A stretch of 63,032 nt of DNA, filler included, from Choristocarpus tenellus KU-1152 (taxonomy: Eukaryota; Protista; Phaeophyceae), in assembly GCA_964200185.2 (NCBI GenBank). It is 11 parts of 11 records of this genome, joined end to end, with 100 filler letters (N's around TTAATTAATTAA, not from the genome) between each part and the next. Parts side by side here need not be neighbours in the genome. Positions count along the whole stretch, not along the records: positions 31,007 to 38,209 come from CAXNAD020006543.1; positions 38,310 to 40,947 come from CAXNAD020026059.1; positions 41,048 to 49,476 come from CAXNAD020004717.1; positions 49,577 to 59,208 come from CAXNAD020003517.1; 7 more parts are not named here. The stretch is one strand, 5' to 3'. Under the pieces are notes generated by a model. The model was given only the letters and a program-made list of their open reading frames with translations, had not been told where the DNA came from and did not search any database. Of the stretch, positions 37,515-49,648 are shown in pieces (the first letter of the stretch is position 1; each line of letters begins with the position of its first letter). Made by a program: the position numbers and the translations under genes.

Positions 37515-37661
37515 TATGAAGTTATGGAACAAATGGATGTAGATGTGGTGGAGGAAATTGGCTTTCCAAAATGGTGGAATCCGAAGGATTTGAATTTTGG
37601 AAGATTGAGTAAGTTGGCACAGAAGTATTTGCCTACATAGGCCACTAACAGTGAATCGAGA
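37515..37661 (+). mobile_element. hAT transposase remnant (C-terminal dimerisation domain)
   Basis: PKWWNPKDLNFGRLSKLAQKYLPT*ATNSESR matches hATC WW......F..L..LA.KYL..PATS..SER, with an in-frame stop. Decayed sequence probably extends upstream to ~36850. Confidence 0.75.
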
Positions 37662-38360
37662 TAATGGCGGATGGATTATTTCATGGAGGATGGATTTTTC
37701 CCAAAATGGTGCGCGGAAAGTGCCCATATTTTCTTTTGTAAACGTTGCGGCACTTTTTAAGGGCCCTTTTTGGATGGGAATCCATGCCAAAGGTGGTAGT
37801 AGGACAGTGTGTGGGGGGCGGCAGTGATTTCATTTGATCGTCGTGCACATGTATGCCCTGCGTTGGATTGCTTGCTCGAATAATTTGTGACGTCGGTGGA
37901 GTCGATTGACCGTCGATGGTGGAGGTGGTAGAAAAAATAGTACTTCGATATAGTTTCTTTCGGGGCGGTGTTTCATCGTCATTATGGATGGTCGACTGAG
38001 TGAGAAGAAGTGTTTTTTTCCCATATATATTATTAAATTGTTTATCAATTATTGCTATCGTCCCCAAGTAGAAGAAGCTAACGCCGAGAGCTTATAAGTG
38101 TTGACATTATGTGATGATCGACCTCTTTCTACGAATATCTCAGTCATGCCCGAATTATCGTTTGTTGCAATCTGCCCCCCCTCCCACCCCCTGTCAGATA
38201 CGCCGATCTNNNNNNNNNNNNNNNNNNNNNNNNNNNNNNNNNNNNNNNNNNNNTTAATTAATTAANNNNNNNNNNNNNNNNNNNNNNNNNNNNNNNNNNN
38301 NNNNNNNNNTACTAGTTTTTATATTGTTCGAAATCCCGTGTAGGTGTTTTTTTTTTTAAT

Positions 38361-38527
38361 GGGACGGGGGGCACCGAGATCTACACCAGGGTGTCCATTC
38401 GGTCCCTGACCAGGAAAAGTACACTTATATTTTCCATCTGACGCGTGCAACTAAATCACCCAAAAATTGCGATATGAAAAAATGGGCCCCAAATGGACAG
38501 CTGCCACCCTCCCAAATACTTTGAGCC
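38361..38527. mobile_element. MITE family copy
   Basis: Aligns by eye with 31085-31232 and 41158-41305. Confidence 0.8.
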
Positions 38528-38809
38528 ATTCCAGCACCCTGATCTAATCTACTCTAAAATGAAAAGAGCTAGTCCTTACAGGCCTTTGCATTGGATTGCA
38601 GTTTCATTGTATTGCTCTAATGCTTTATTTGTGTGATGTGTGCAACATGTACAATGTGTGATGGAGTTGAAATTCATAATACCAACTAATTTCAGTCGCC
38701 AAGTGAGATACACCACTTTCTCTCCAGAGAAAAACCATCCATCCTGCAGTGTGTGTTGATCCCTGAACAATGCACACTTTGTTATATTATTGCTTTGTCT
38801 TTCTTTCAG

Positions 38810-40724
38810 CTGGTGGATACTGTCCTGTGGGGTCATCATACCCGCAGCCATGTCCAGCAGGCACCTACAACAACTTCTCAGGGGCCTCCAGTGCAGATGA
38901 TTGCTCCGATTGTTCCCCTGGCTACTACTGTTCAGGGACAAACAATCCGTACCCAACAGGGCCATGTTACGCTGGCTATTATTGTACGAGTGGCTCATCA
39001 TCCCCCACACAGAACATCGTTGAAGCTGGGTACTACTCCACTCCTGGAGCAATCCAGCAGCTCCCATGCTTGCCTGGGACGTACAATAACGAGGTAAGGG
39101 AATCATTGTAGTGGCCCCACAGGATCTGCTTTGGGAGTTCCCTCCTGAGAAAATATCTGCTCTGTTTTGTGTGAGATTCACATGATATATGTTTTTGAGA
39201 CATTTGGGGAAGGGGTGGCGTTTGACATTCTTGGGTGCCTGGTCTCCTTGGGTAGAGAAAATATGATACCACATTAAAATGTGTTTGGGCTGGTTTTCCA
39301 TAGATTCCTTTCCATACCCTTTGTGTGCACTTCCCATACTACAGGTAGGTCAGGCAGCTTGCATCGACTGCCTGGCAGGATACAGCTGCCAAAACTACAG
39401 CACAGTCACAGTCACACTCTGCACCCCTGGCCATTACTGCCCTGAAGGCACGGATGTCCCGCAGAAGTGTCCATCAGGGACATACTCCAATGAAGAGGGA
39501 CTCAACAACATGACACAGTGTACATCATGTGATCCTGGAAGGTAAGTGGAATGAAACATGGGCATACACGTGATACTGTGTCATTAGCGAGAGCTTCTCC
39601 CAACAATCACACAATAACAAAGGAAGAATCAATTCATTACCAGCAAGCAAAAGTAAATGAGAGGTATCCAGTTTTTGGCCGTTCTCCATTATAAGCCGGT
39701 TTTGCAATCTTTTGCAATTCAACCATATTTATATGGCTGAAGTGCTAAGTTTGACTTGATAGGATTGGTTTCTCTATTTTTCGACAGGATTCGGAGAATA
39801 TCCTATACTATATGCATTTGTACAAAATGCCATTTTTTGCACATATTCTCCAGCATCTTGAAATGGAGCTCTGGATACCTCTTGTTTACTTTGACTCGGT
39901 TGCATCATTTTTCTGTTTGCAACGTAGCAATAATAAGTGCTCTGGTTTGGTTTTTGGGTGTTCTGATTGTCTTGTGAGGTACTTGCTCTATGTAGTATAT
40001 TTTTCACACCCACTAACATTTTGCAGATGATGTGATGGGGGAGAAAAACACCCAAGAGAACACAATAAATACAACAAAAGCTTACAACAAAGACCTTCTT
40101 GTACAACAGTTGTATTAATGTATCAGAAAATAAGGGATAGAAACCTTCCAACACAACAGCTCTGTTTTTTTTTCTGAAAAAATACAGATGATACAGCTGT
40201 ATTGGTGAGGGCTATCGTAAGAAGAGATGAGAGTTTTGTTTATCACTTGATATACCGGAGTCTCCCAATCCCCATTTATACCTCCTTAACTTATACCAAC
40301 CTTAACCCTTGCTTGATGAGAGGTGTTGGTTGTCAAGTTACAGTAGAGTAGTCATCACCCAGACCCAACTTGTACCTCAAACGACGTTTCATCCCTGTTA
40401 TACCGCAAGCCAATGAAATACTTTACATTGTAGACTAGAATCTGCATAATGTTGTGTCTTCTATTTCCTCTTTCTAGTGCAAAAATGAATCACTGGTGCA
40501 CACTTCTGTGCCACCCCAATGAACAATGCTGCAGCTATTGCAACAGCAATGGCCTTACAGCAATCAGTGGAGATTGTGCTGCTGGCTACTACTGCTCCAG
40601 TGGGGCTATACTAAGCAATCCCGTCGGTCAGACCTATGGAGATCTCTGCACGGCAGGACACTACTGCGAAGCAGGATCTGCATGGCCAGTACCTTGCCCA
40701 CCTGGGACATACTACGAGGACAAA
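38810..40724 (+). CDS. Cysteine-rich GCC2/GCC3 (ephrin-receptor-like) repeat surface protein, partial, 3 exons
   Basis: Exons 38810-39093, 39345-39541, 40535-40724, phase-compatible and GT-AG. Repeated CPAGTY, C.PGYYC and C..GHYC motifs. Confidence 0.9.
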
Positions 40725-41109
40725 GTAAGACCTTGTGTCGGACTAAAGGATGTTTGGATTTGCTACATTACATCGCCAGTTCTTGAAAAAAATTGGTATC
40801 ATTTTCCATCCTAGTTAATTATTGAACTTGCATTCATTCCTTTCCCTTGTTGTTCTAGCACCTTCTTCCTTGTTCTACTCCCTCCTGGCCTACCCCTCCC
40901 CATCATAACCCCTCCCCATCATAACCCCTCCGCCATTTATTTTTTTGNNNNNNNNNNNNNNNNNNNNNNNNNNNNNNNNNNNNNNNNNNNNTTAATTAAT
41001 TAANNNNNNNNNNNNNNNNNNNNNNNNNNNNNNNNNNNNNNNNNNNNAGGGTGTTGGTTGCGTGGGGGGGAGGGGGTGGGTGGGGGTCGTTTTGGGGTTG
41101 GGGGGTGGG

Positions 41110-41110
41110 A

Positions 41111-41157
<47 letters not shown>

Positions 41158-41305
41158 CTGCACCAGGGTGTCCATTCGGACCATAACCAGGAAAAGTGCT
41201 CTTACATTATCCATCCGACGTATGCAACCAAATGACCCAACAATCGTGACATAAAACAATTGGCCCCAAATGGACAGGTGACACCCCCCCCAGATACTTT
41301 GACCC
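41110..41305. mobile_element. MITE family copy with long poly-G
   Basis: Ends CCCCCCCCAGATACTTTGACCC. Confidence 0.8.
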
Positions 41306-41309
41306 TTTA

Positions 41310-41690
41310 GGTGAGGATATGTTGACTGGTGGACAAATAAGCAGAAACTGTTATACATTGTCCACGGCTATAGGTGAGTGCGTTGCATTACGTAAGTTGG
41401 GGAGAGAGATTTTGTTCCTTAAGCAAGTGCACATCTTAATGCGGCCACTTCATGAGGATTACGCTGTGTCAGTGCTTGATGGCAATGACAGTGTTATCAA
41501 GATTGTTCCAAACCAAGATTTGTTCCGAAGGCTGTTGTTTCTAGGGAGAGGACTATGTGCATGGGTATTCGGTATCACTCTGTACAGACGCGGAGAGGAA
41601 TATTTTTATTGGGTAATTGCATACCAAGTTCCAAATTGTGGATCATTTTCACAAATAGTTTGTTGAAGGAATCCCTAAATAGGCACTCTA
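41310..41690 (+). mobile_element. Ty1/copia RNase H remnant
   Basis: LSTAIGECVAL..LGREILFLKQV...V.V.DGNDSVIKI resembles copia RNase H (LST.EAEYVA, EDN.AI); frameshifted. Confidence 0.7.
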
Positions 41691-42216
41691 ATATTACAAT
41701 GTGTGGAACAATGGGGGATTAATTTTTGTGCCTGAGGTATAGGATTTATTGGGTTGAGTTATTGAGGGATCGAGGATTTTTCACTAGAAGTTTATATCAA
41801 GGAAGTGTGTCAAGAATATTGTGCTTTTAATTCCTGTAGGGAAGTAGATGATGTAAAAAATAGTTGATGGAAGAGAAAAAGATTTCGTTTTGAAGAACAG
41901 GAGAGAAGTACGGGCTGATGACCTGGAATAAATATAAGAGTTCAGGAATAGGAAACATTGTACCAAGTAATGAGTGATGAGTGATAGTGATTAGTGGTCA
42001 ACAGAAATAATGATTGGTGATGAGGGAGCCGGCTTCAGGGGATGAAGGCTACTCCTTTCTCCTTCCATATGTCATCTACATCCTGTCCATCCCCAAGGAA
42101 CTGATTCAATACATACACATACATATCTCTCAGGAAACAACAGCATCTTCAACAATAGTTTCCTAACAAATAGATTTGGCTTTCTTATCTGGTTGAAAAG
42201 TCAAATTCGCCGATGT

Positions 42217-42552
42217 TATCGAATATCCTAGTGTTATCCTTACGTTGTCTGTGCTGATATAGTTTTCATTGGTTTCCCCCCTGACACATCTGCAAAATAT
42301 CAGAGGGCATAATAATAAAATAAAGTCAATACAAGTATACAACATAGGTTTCATGTAGGTTTATGTTTGGTTTGGTACACAATACAAGTTATAACATGCA
42401 AACACGTGCAAACGGTATGAAGAGTCAGTGTTCATACACACGTCAGTGATATTGGACACCTGGCGACCAACGAAAAATGTAGTGTGTTTTTACCCTGTAA
42501 CTCAACCAGCAGCTTTGGGTGACGAGCCTTACATGCGCCAAGCTTCTCAACA
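42217..42552 (+). repeat. 5' LTR (with ~70-bp extra segment)
   Basis: Aligns with 46677-46929. Confidence 0.85.
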
Positions 42553-45500
42553 TGCTTAAGCGTCTAACTGAACTCTAGGGGGGGGCGCAGCCGAACTGGA
42601 TTGGTTTGAGTTGGTACTACATCACTCATGGCCTCAAACGAGTTTCAAACCAAACTTCTTCAGTAGTCTGACACGACAATTATGCTGACTGGTTTGCCAC
42701 TACACGTGCCTTCCTGGGCACTAAACGTGATATTGACGAGGCGTTGGAGTACAGGGAGGAACCTATCAGGGTCGGTGACATAGATTTCATCAAGGGGGGA
42801 GATGTTGATGAAAATGAGGTCACCAAGGTCAAAAAGGCAAATGGCATCCTGCTCAGAAGTACCAGTTGGTTTTACAGGTGCAATTGTCTGCAATGCAGTG
42901 TCACCGTCAGGAGCTTGGCAGCAGCTAAGGGAACATTTCCTAATTCATTCAGAACGAGGAAATAGCAAACCTCCAAAAGAAGTTGATGACAGTCAAGATG
43001 CCACGGGGGTCAGACCCCCCAAATCGCTTTTACGATGATGCTGGACTGGGTTGGCCAGATGGCGAGGATGGGGCATGAGATTTCTGAACAGGTACTTCAA
43101 ATCGCCATGCTAGATTGTTTGGATGATAATAATTACCAGATTACCAAACACTACCTCCAACACCATTATAAGAGTGGGCGTTCGAGAGCTAAGTTTCAAC
43201 AAGCTGCTCGTTTGTGCTACTTCTCTCTCCAACGCGAGGTAGCGGATTGCGGAGAGCCTGGGAACGCTCTGGTCGCAAGGACCTATAAAAAGGTTAGCCG
43301 AGGAGGCAGCCTTGGTATGACTGGTCACCGTACGGACCTTGGGACAACAGGATCCCGTACCAGGGGGCTGACCAAGGACAGTCTTGGTCAGACGTTTCGG
43401 TTCCTGCACGTTTGAAGGATCATGTACACCTGCGGGAAAAATGGCCACCAGCGAGCTGTTTGCCCTCAGAGGAGGGTAAAACCGTTAAGTCGATGGCAAC
43501 ACTAGCTGAACCAGAGGAACCAGCTAGGGAAGGAAGGGAGTTCACGACCATGTTAGCCGCTGTGGCTGACAATGACAAGGTGAGGTTGAATGCTTTCGAA
43601 ACATAGTGTGTTTTGATTCGGAGGCTTCCAAAAAATGTGATGAAAGACTCGATGTACATGTATGACTTCACCATGTGTCCACAAGCCCACAACGTTACCA
43701 TGGCTGACGGCACATCACTACCCATTGTGGTGTATGTTACTTTGGCATCTATCGCATTTGTCTCAAGATAACCTTCAGCCTTCTCTCTTCATACTCTGCT
43801 GGAATGGCTGATGAAGTGACCGTCGAGGGAATTGGTGATGAGTATCATATATCTGATGGGGAGGGTCTTCCACTTGTTTTTAAGTGGGATAGATCCATGT
43901 ATACTGCCAATGTCAAAAGACACCCACCCCCAGAAGATACACCTTTGGTTACAAATGTCTCTTCAAAACCTGTGCGCATCAACATTTTTCATCGCATCCT
44001 CAACCATGCTGGCAAGAAAATTCTCCGTCACACAGCTGGAGAACAGGACATTCAGCTATCAGGAAACCTAGCGTCAACACAGTGGGTAGGGTGCGCTAAA
44101 GGGATTCGAATCAAAGATCCTGTCTCCAAATCCACGGTTGTCCAAACTAGAGGACCATTCACCCACATCTTCATTGACCTCATGGGACCAAAGAAAATAT
44201 GATATCTCGGGGGGGCCGAGTACGTCTTCACAATTGTTGATGATGCAACTCGTTTCTTCTGGATACGACTACTCCAGAAGAAAAGCAATGCAGCCAAGGC
44301 CCTTGGGCGTTGGCTCAAGGCTGAAGTACTTCCCAGTGGGCGGTGCATTTGCTTTATTCGACATGACCCTGGGGGTGAGTGTCAGAGTGAGGCATTTCAG
44401 GATTTGGTAACGGAAATGGGTGTAGTGGATGAAATGACTAGGACAGGGGAACCCCAGTATAATGATGTGGTCGAACTGAAGTCGATAGTGGTGCCCGGGC
44501 CAGCATTTATTCTGCGGGATTGGGTGAGAAAATGTGGTTGTGGGGAGAGGCGTATAATCATTCAGCATTCATCCTCAATATAAGTATAACTGCTGCGAAT
44601 AAGGGGATCTCACCTCATCGCTCACTTTATGGAGAAGTTGGATCGCTCATGGGTGTCCCAACTTTTGGCACCCCTGGATACTACAAGTTCAGCCCAGGGT
44701 ACAAACTTGGGAGCCGTGGACAGCCTGCATTATGGTATATCAGAAAACCAACTCCATGGCACCTTCCGCGTAGTGTACTTCGCAACTAATCATATACTTC
44801 AGCAAGCCAACATCCATTGGCGCCTCACCAAGGATGGCAGGGTACGATTTTCAATTTCTGATTTCGAACAGGATGATGAAGATTTGGATGAGTCTGAAGC
44901 TACATGGGTTGATGATGGTGAAACTGTGGATGATGACACCAATGATGGAGATGACGAAGGGGTAGATGAGAACTAAGAACAGTCAATGTGAAAGGGAACT
45001 TCAACGGCTCAGCGTTGGAAGTGGTAAAAACAACAACACCCTTCCTCATCGCACCAGATCTGGTAACCGTCAAGGTACTTCTGCAAGAGCTGCTGTTTTT
45101 GACATGTCCATTTTTTTATAACTTGTTAGTTTCCATGAGACTACCCTTTTGATGTGTGCGAGTGATGATTATATTAGAATGTTAGTGGATGAGCTCCCTC
45201 CAGAACCTAAGACTGTAAGAGCAGTAGCACGTAGCTCTCTCGAATGTGATATGTGCGATCGAGCTAGAGCAGAAGAGATGTCTGGTTTGTTGTTGAATAA
45301 ATGTTTGGGTGGAGGCCGTATTACCCCCTGGACGCAGGGCAATAGACATTAAATGGATTCACAAGCGTAAGTCTAACAGATTTGGTGATGTAGTGAGATA
45401 CAAGGCATGTTTGGTAGCAAAAGGTTTTCGACAGATTGAGGTTTTAGATTACCAAGATACCTTTGCTCCAACACTGTTGCCTGCGTCTTTGAAAGTGGTT

Positions 45501-46263
45501 TTAGCATTAGCTGCAGACAAGGATTGGGAACTGAAGCATTAGGATATGAAGCAAATTTTTATCCAGGCAGACATTTGTGAAGAGATAGTTGTGCGTTTAT
45601 GTCATGGATGTGATAAATAGTCAGGAAAGATTGTACGTTTAGTGAAAGCCCTTTATGACACCAAACAGGCTAGCAGGGAATTTCGTTATCTGTTGGTGCA
45701 CATTTTGGAACAGTGTGGTTTTGAGCAATTCAGAGCAGATCCCTGTGTGTTACGCTATGTAAGAGATGGCGTTGTTTGTGCTATGATAGCCCCCCACGTT
45801 GACGATTTTTTGGTAGCTGGTAAAATAGATGTTTTAATTTGGGTTCCCTCCAGGATTAAAGAACAATTTCCATAGAAGATTTTGTTGACCTTGAGTATTA
45901 TATGGGTTGTGAGATTTTACATGGCAGAATTGCACAGACTGTCACCATCAGTCAGAATAGGCGCATTTAGAGTATTGCCAAAGATTTGGTATGGATGGGG
46001 CAAAGAAGAGGTCGGTACACCATGATCTCTCAAGGACGTTGGACAAGAGTGATGATCATCAAAGTATTGATGAAAATATACCGTACCGAGAGGCAGTTGG
46101 TAGTTTGATATGGGCATCTGTTATGACTAGGCTTGGCATTGCAAATGCAATTCGTGAGGTTGCCAAGTATAGTAGTAACCCCAAAGTCACACATTGGCAA
46201 GCAGATAAGTATATTTGAGCATATTTGAATACGTATCCCAGTGGTTGGATGAGTGAAAGTACC

Positions 46264-46415
46264 TTAAAAGGTAGGAGCTTTGCCCTGTTTGTCCGTTTGG
46301 GGCTTGGCTTCCCACGGGTTTTTTATTACATTTTACCTACTCCGAAATATTTCGGAGTAGGTAAAATGTATACAGTATGAAATAGTGTGTCTGGAATAAG
46401 GATATCGAAACTTCC
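46264..46415. mobile_element. Dispersed repeat inserted between copia RT and RNase H; second copy at ~47769-47921
   Basis: TTAAAAGGTAGGAG.TTTG.CCTGT..TCCGTT.GGG.TTGGCTTCC ... TATGAAA..GTGTGTC.GGA..AAGGATAT is shared by both sites. Confidence 0.65.
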
Positions 46416-46676
46416 CTCAAAGATATTTTGACTCGATTGAGTTTTGATGGTTTTGGTACTGATATACTGAGTGTGAGTTGAGTACAAATGCTGATGCTAG
46501 TTATGCTGGAGACTGTAATGATCGTAGATCAGTGACTGGAGGAACGATAATGTTTGCAGGAGGAGTACGAGTTTTTAGAGAACATGTGAAGTTTCTAATG
46601 AACATGTAAGGTAACATGTGCGTTTTTTTTTGTGTGATTATTTGAGAGCTAATACTTGTTTTCAGCAAGGGGGGGA

Positions 46677-46929
46677 TGTCACATAACCTAGTGTTGTCCT
46701 TACATTGTCTGTACTGATACAAGTATATAGCATAGGTTTCACGTACGTTTACGTTTGGTTTGGTACAATACAAGTCATAACGTGCAAACGGTATGGGGAG
46801 TCAGTGTTCATTCATACGTCAGTGATGTTGGACACCTGGCGCGCAATTACTAATTCAGTGTATTTTTACCATGTAACTTAACCAGCAGCTTTGGGCGACG
46901 AGCCTTTACATACGCCAAGCTTCTCAACA
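46677..46929 (+). repeat. 3' LTR (TGTC...AACA)
   Basis: TG...CA ends, preceded by a polypurine tract. Confidence 0.9.
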
Positions 46930-46949
46930 GATATCACCAGTCTGCGATC

Positions 46950-47760
46950 CTGGGGAAGCCAAATGTACCAAGAGAGTGATGTACGTCCATGACCCATCAC
47001 CAAATCCCCATTAGCATGGGGGTGGAACCTTGATGCCGATCCCATTTGCTGCTTCATCTGAAGAACAAAGGATTAACTCCCCTAAACTCTAAGTTTGTCG
47101 AAATTTTATTTTTCTCAGTCAACCTCTCGCTTGGAGTCTCTCCCCCAAGGTACTGATGTGGCATTTCTTCTAACATAAAGGCAAGTTCAGCCTCTGCATA
47201 AAACTAGAATCCCCCAAGTCCTCCTTTAATCATCTGGCGCTTAACTCCTTGCAATTGCTTCTTGATGCCTTCACTAGGCTCGTCAACGAAGACCCAGAAA
47301 CATCGGAGTCCATTCACATCTGGGTTGAATAGCCCAGTCAGATCTGTATGGATAACTACACCAATTACCTTTGGACTCCGACTTCCTCTGCCACAACTGT
47401 TATTCCTCAAACTTTACTCCTTGGAAGTAGATCATCCCACATCTTCAAATATTGTAGCGTCCGATACTTGTTTCTCTATATGCAAAATAACTGTAGGGTT
47501 TAGATGGCGGAGAACCTGGTTGCTGTCGTACATGTTCAAAGTCAACTCCTGGTTCTTATTGGTGTAAGAAGCGTAGGTCTTTGTACGATGTTCGCCTTGA
47601 ATCACTGCACAAATAGTCTGGAAAGGCCGTCTTGAGTCAACCTAACCTTTGAACCATTCCTGAAAACTCGTAAATAACTCTTCACACTCCTCGGCGTGGG
47701 ATGGGAGGTATTCCGTCGTATTTCCCTTCCGAATAAGGGTGTAACCCTCCAAAAAGAGAG
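46950..47760 (-). mobile_element. Second Ty1/copia remnant (integrase region), opposite orientation
   Basis: 47410-47204 reads IGVVIHTDLTGLFNPDVNGLRCFWVFVDEPS, matching copia integrase H.DL.GP...G.RY...FVD. Confidence 0.7.
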
Positions 47761-48186
47761 TCAAAGCATTTAAAAAGGGTAGGAGTTTTGTCCTGTATTT
47801 CCGTTCGGGGTTTGGCTTCCTACAAGTTTTTTATGCCCCTTTTCGGTTTTGTGTGTGAATAGATTTACCTAAGATGTATATGACTATGAAAGGTGTGTCC
47901 GGAGCAAGGATATTGACACTTGCTAATAAACACGATAGCCAAATGAATCAAAATCGATTGGATTTACGACCCCATTCGGACACGGTCCTAACCTCTTGAA
48001 TGCTTTGTGTCAGAAAGCTTGAATCCTTGCGCAAGTAGAGCTCTTGCATACGCAAAATAGGTTATGTAACATATTTCAAAATCCCCTACAGAAATGTGAG
48101 CCACTCTTCAATTGTGGGTTGTGGCACTGTACGTTACTAGGTGTGGGTAATGACTACTTGCCTTGTACGTTCTACTTTGTATTATT

Positions 48187-48255
48187 GTACATGAAAATAT
48201 GTTACATACTTCTATCAGCACGTACAACATAAAAATAACACTAGGTTATTCGATA
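48187..48255 (-). mobile_element. Partial LTR related to the 42217/46677 LTRs, inverted
   Basis: Reverse complement TATCGAATAACCTAGTGTTATTTTTATGTTGTACGTGCTGATAGAAGTAT... aligns to the LTR 5' ends. Confidence 0.65.
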
Positions 48256-49576
48256 CCTCCCACCACCACCCATCACCCCTGAATGCCGCCGATTTCTGAG
48301 GAGAGGCAGAGAAAAAAGCGGCTCCTAGGATTTGCTGTTGACGCGTCCAATTTCAATCCGTAAAAATCCTCGATTTAGCTTCAAAACGGTCACCCAGTCG
48401 TTTTTTTGGGCGTATTTGGTATCTTGCACTGGTAAACAACCCCCCCCCAACAAGAATAAAATTTAGGGAATGTTCATTTTTTTGGTTAAATCATGTTTTT
48501 CTGATGCAAGGTCTTGCCCCTGATACTCACAGTGGCAAGCTGTGTTAATTTTTCCAAGATCTGCAGGTGGACTCATTCTGACGTTTATGTCGTTTTTTCC
48601 CAATCTCAAATTCTTACCAATAAATAAGGGCAGGAGGGCGGTATAACATTCCAGTGGGACTTGAAATACTATTGTGTCACTACCTCAAAGTTCTAGCCGA
48701 CATGATTCAAACTAGTTAGGTACACTTCACATAGAGCCAAGAAAACATGGCCGATGCTGTTGTACATACATACTCCAGAGTACATAATTACGCCAAGCAA
48801 TACTGCTCTCGATGTTCCAGGTTGATCCACCTTTCGTGGTTTGACTGTGATCCACCCCTCAGGGTCTTCAGGTATAAGTAATCCCTACTAGTCCAATCAA
48901 TAATCAATGTAGAATAATATAACATTATAGACTATGTGCTTATAGTGGTTAAAGATACAAGTACTACATAGTCGTAGTGTACGTCCAGGTTGCTTGGATT
49001 ACTTTGAGCGACAACTGCCTTCTTTTGGCGTGCACATGAAGACTTGATACTGAGCGCTCTTTTTACCACGTTTATATGTCGAGAGGGCAGGGTTCAATTA
49101 AACAATCAATTAATTTGGGTTGGCCTTTTTCGTTTATGGGAATGAGTCTTATAAAAATACATACTATTTGCTATACTCTTCTTCCAAACGCTCTCACCTG
49201 TTCCCAATCTGGCATATTGAGGTGTATAGTGATTCTGAAGTAATCATTCGAGGGAAACTGTGACACGAACTGGCGGGTAAATTCAGCTGGTCCCAAGATG
49301 CAAAGTGTGTCAAAGCAAAAAAAAATTGGGCGTAACATTTGGATACAGGGTCCCCAGATGGATGCATGAGTACAAATTTTGCAGGCACAAGTTATCGAAG
49401 GTTTGCTCATACAACAGCCAATTTCAAAAATTGAGGATGGAGCTTTTCATTGAGGATGGGCTTGACCCAAAATTGGNNNNNNNNNNNNNNNNNNNNNNNN
49501 NNNNNNNNNNNNNNNNNNNNTTAATTAATTAANNNNNNNNNNNNNNNNNNNNNNNNNNNNNNNNNNNNNNNNNNNN

Positions 49577-49648
49577 CACACCAAAAACGTGAAAATCGAA
49601 AAAAGTGTGAAAAACGGACGCCGACACCCCCCCCAGATACTCTGACCC
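49577..49648. mobile_element. MITE family terminus, subfamily 2
   Basis: GGACGCCGACACCCCCCCCAGATACTCTGACCC; reverse complement of the sequence starting at 30817. Confidence 0.75.

Larger units (their letters stand above)
42217..46929 (+). mobile_element. Full-length decayed Ty1/copia LTR retrotransposon
   Basis: LTRs 42217-42552 and 46677-46929, both ending GCCAAGCTTCTCAACA; PPT AAGGGGGGGA before the 3' LTR; near-TSD GATGT/GATAT. Copia order: protease (FDSEAS, ADG), integrase (HIFIDLMGP, IVDDATRF, RHDPGGE, PQYN), RT (KWIHKRK, YKACLVAKGF, KALYDTKQ, HVDD, YREAVGSL), RNase H (ADASYAG..DRRSVTG). Many stops and frameshifts. Confidence 0.93.
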
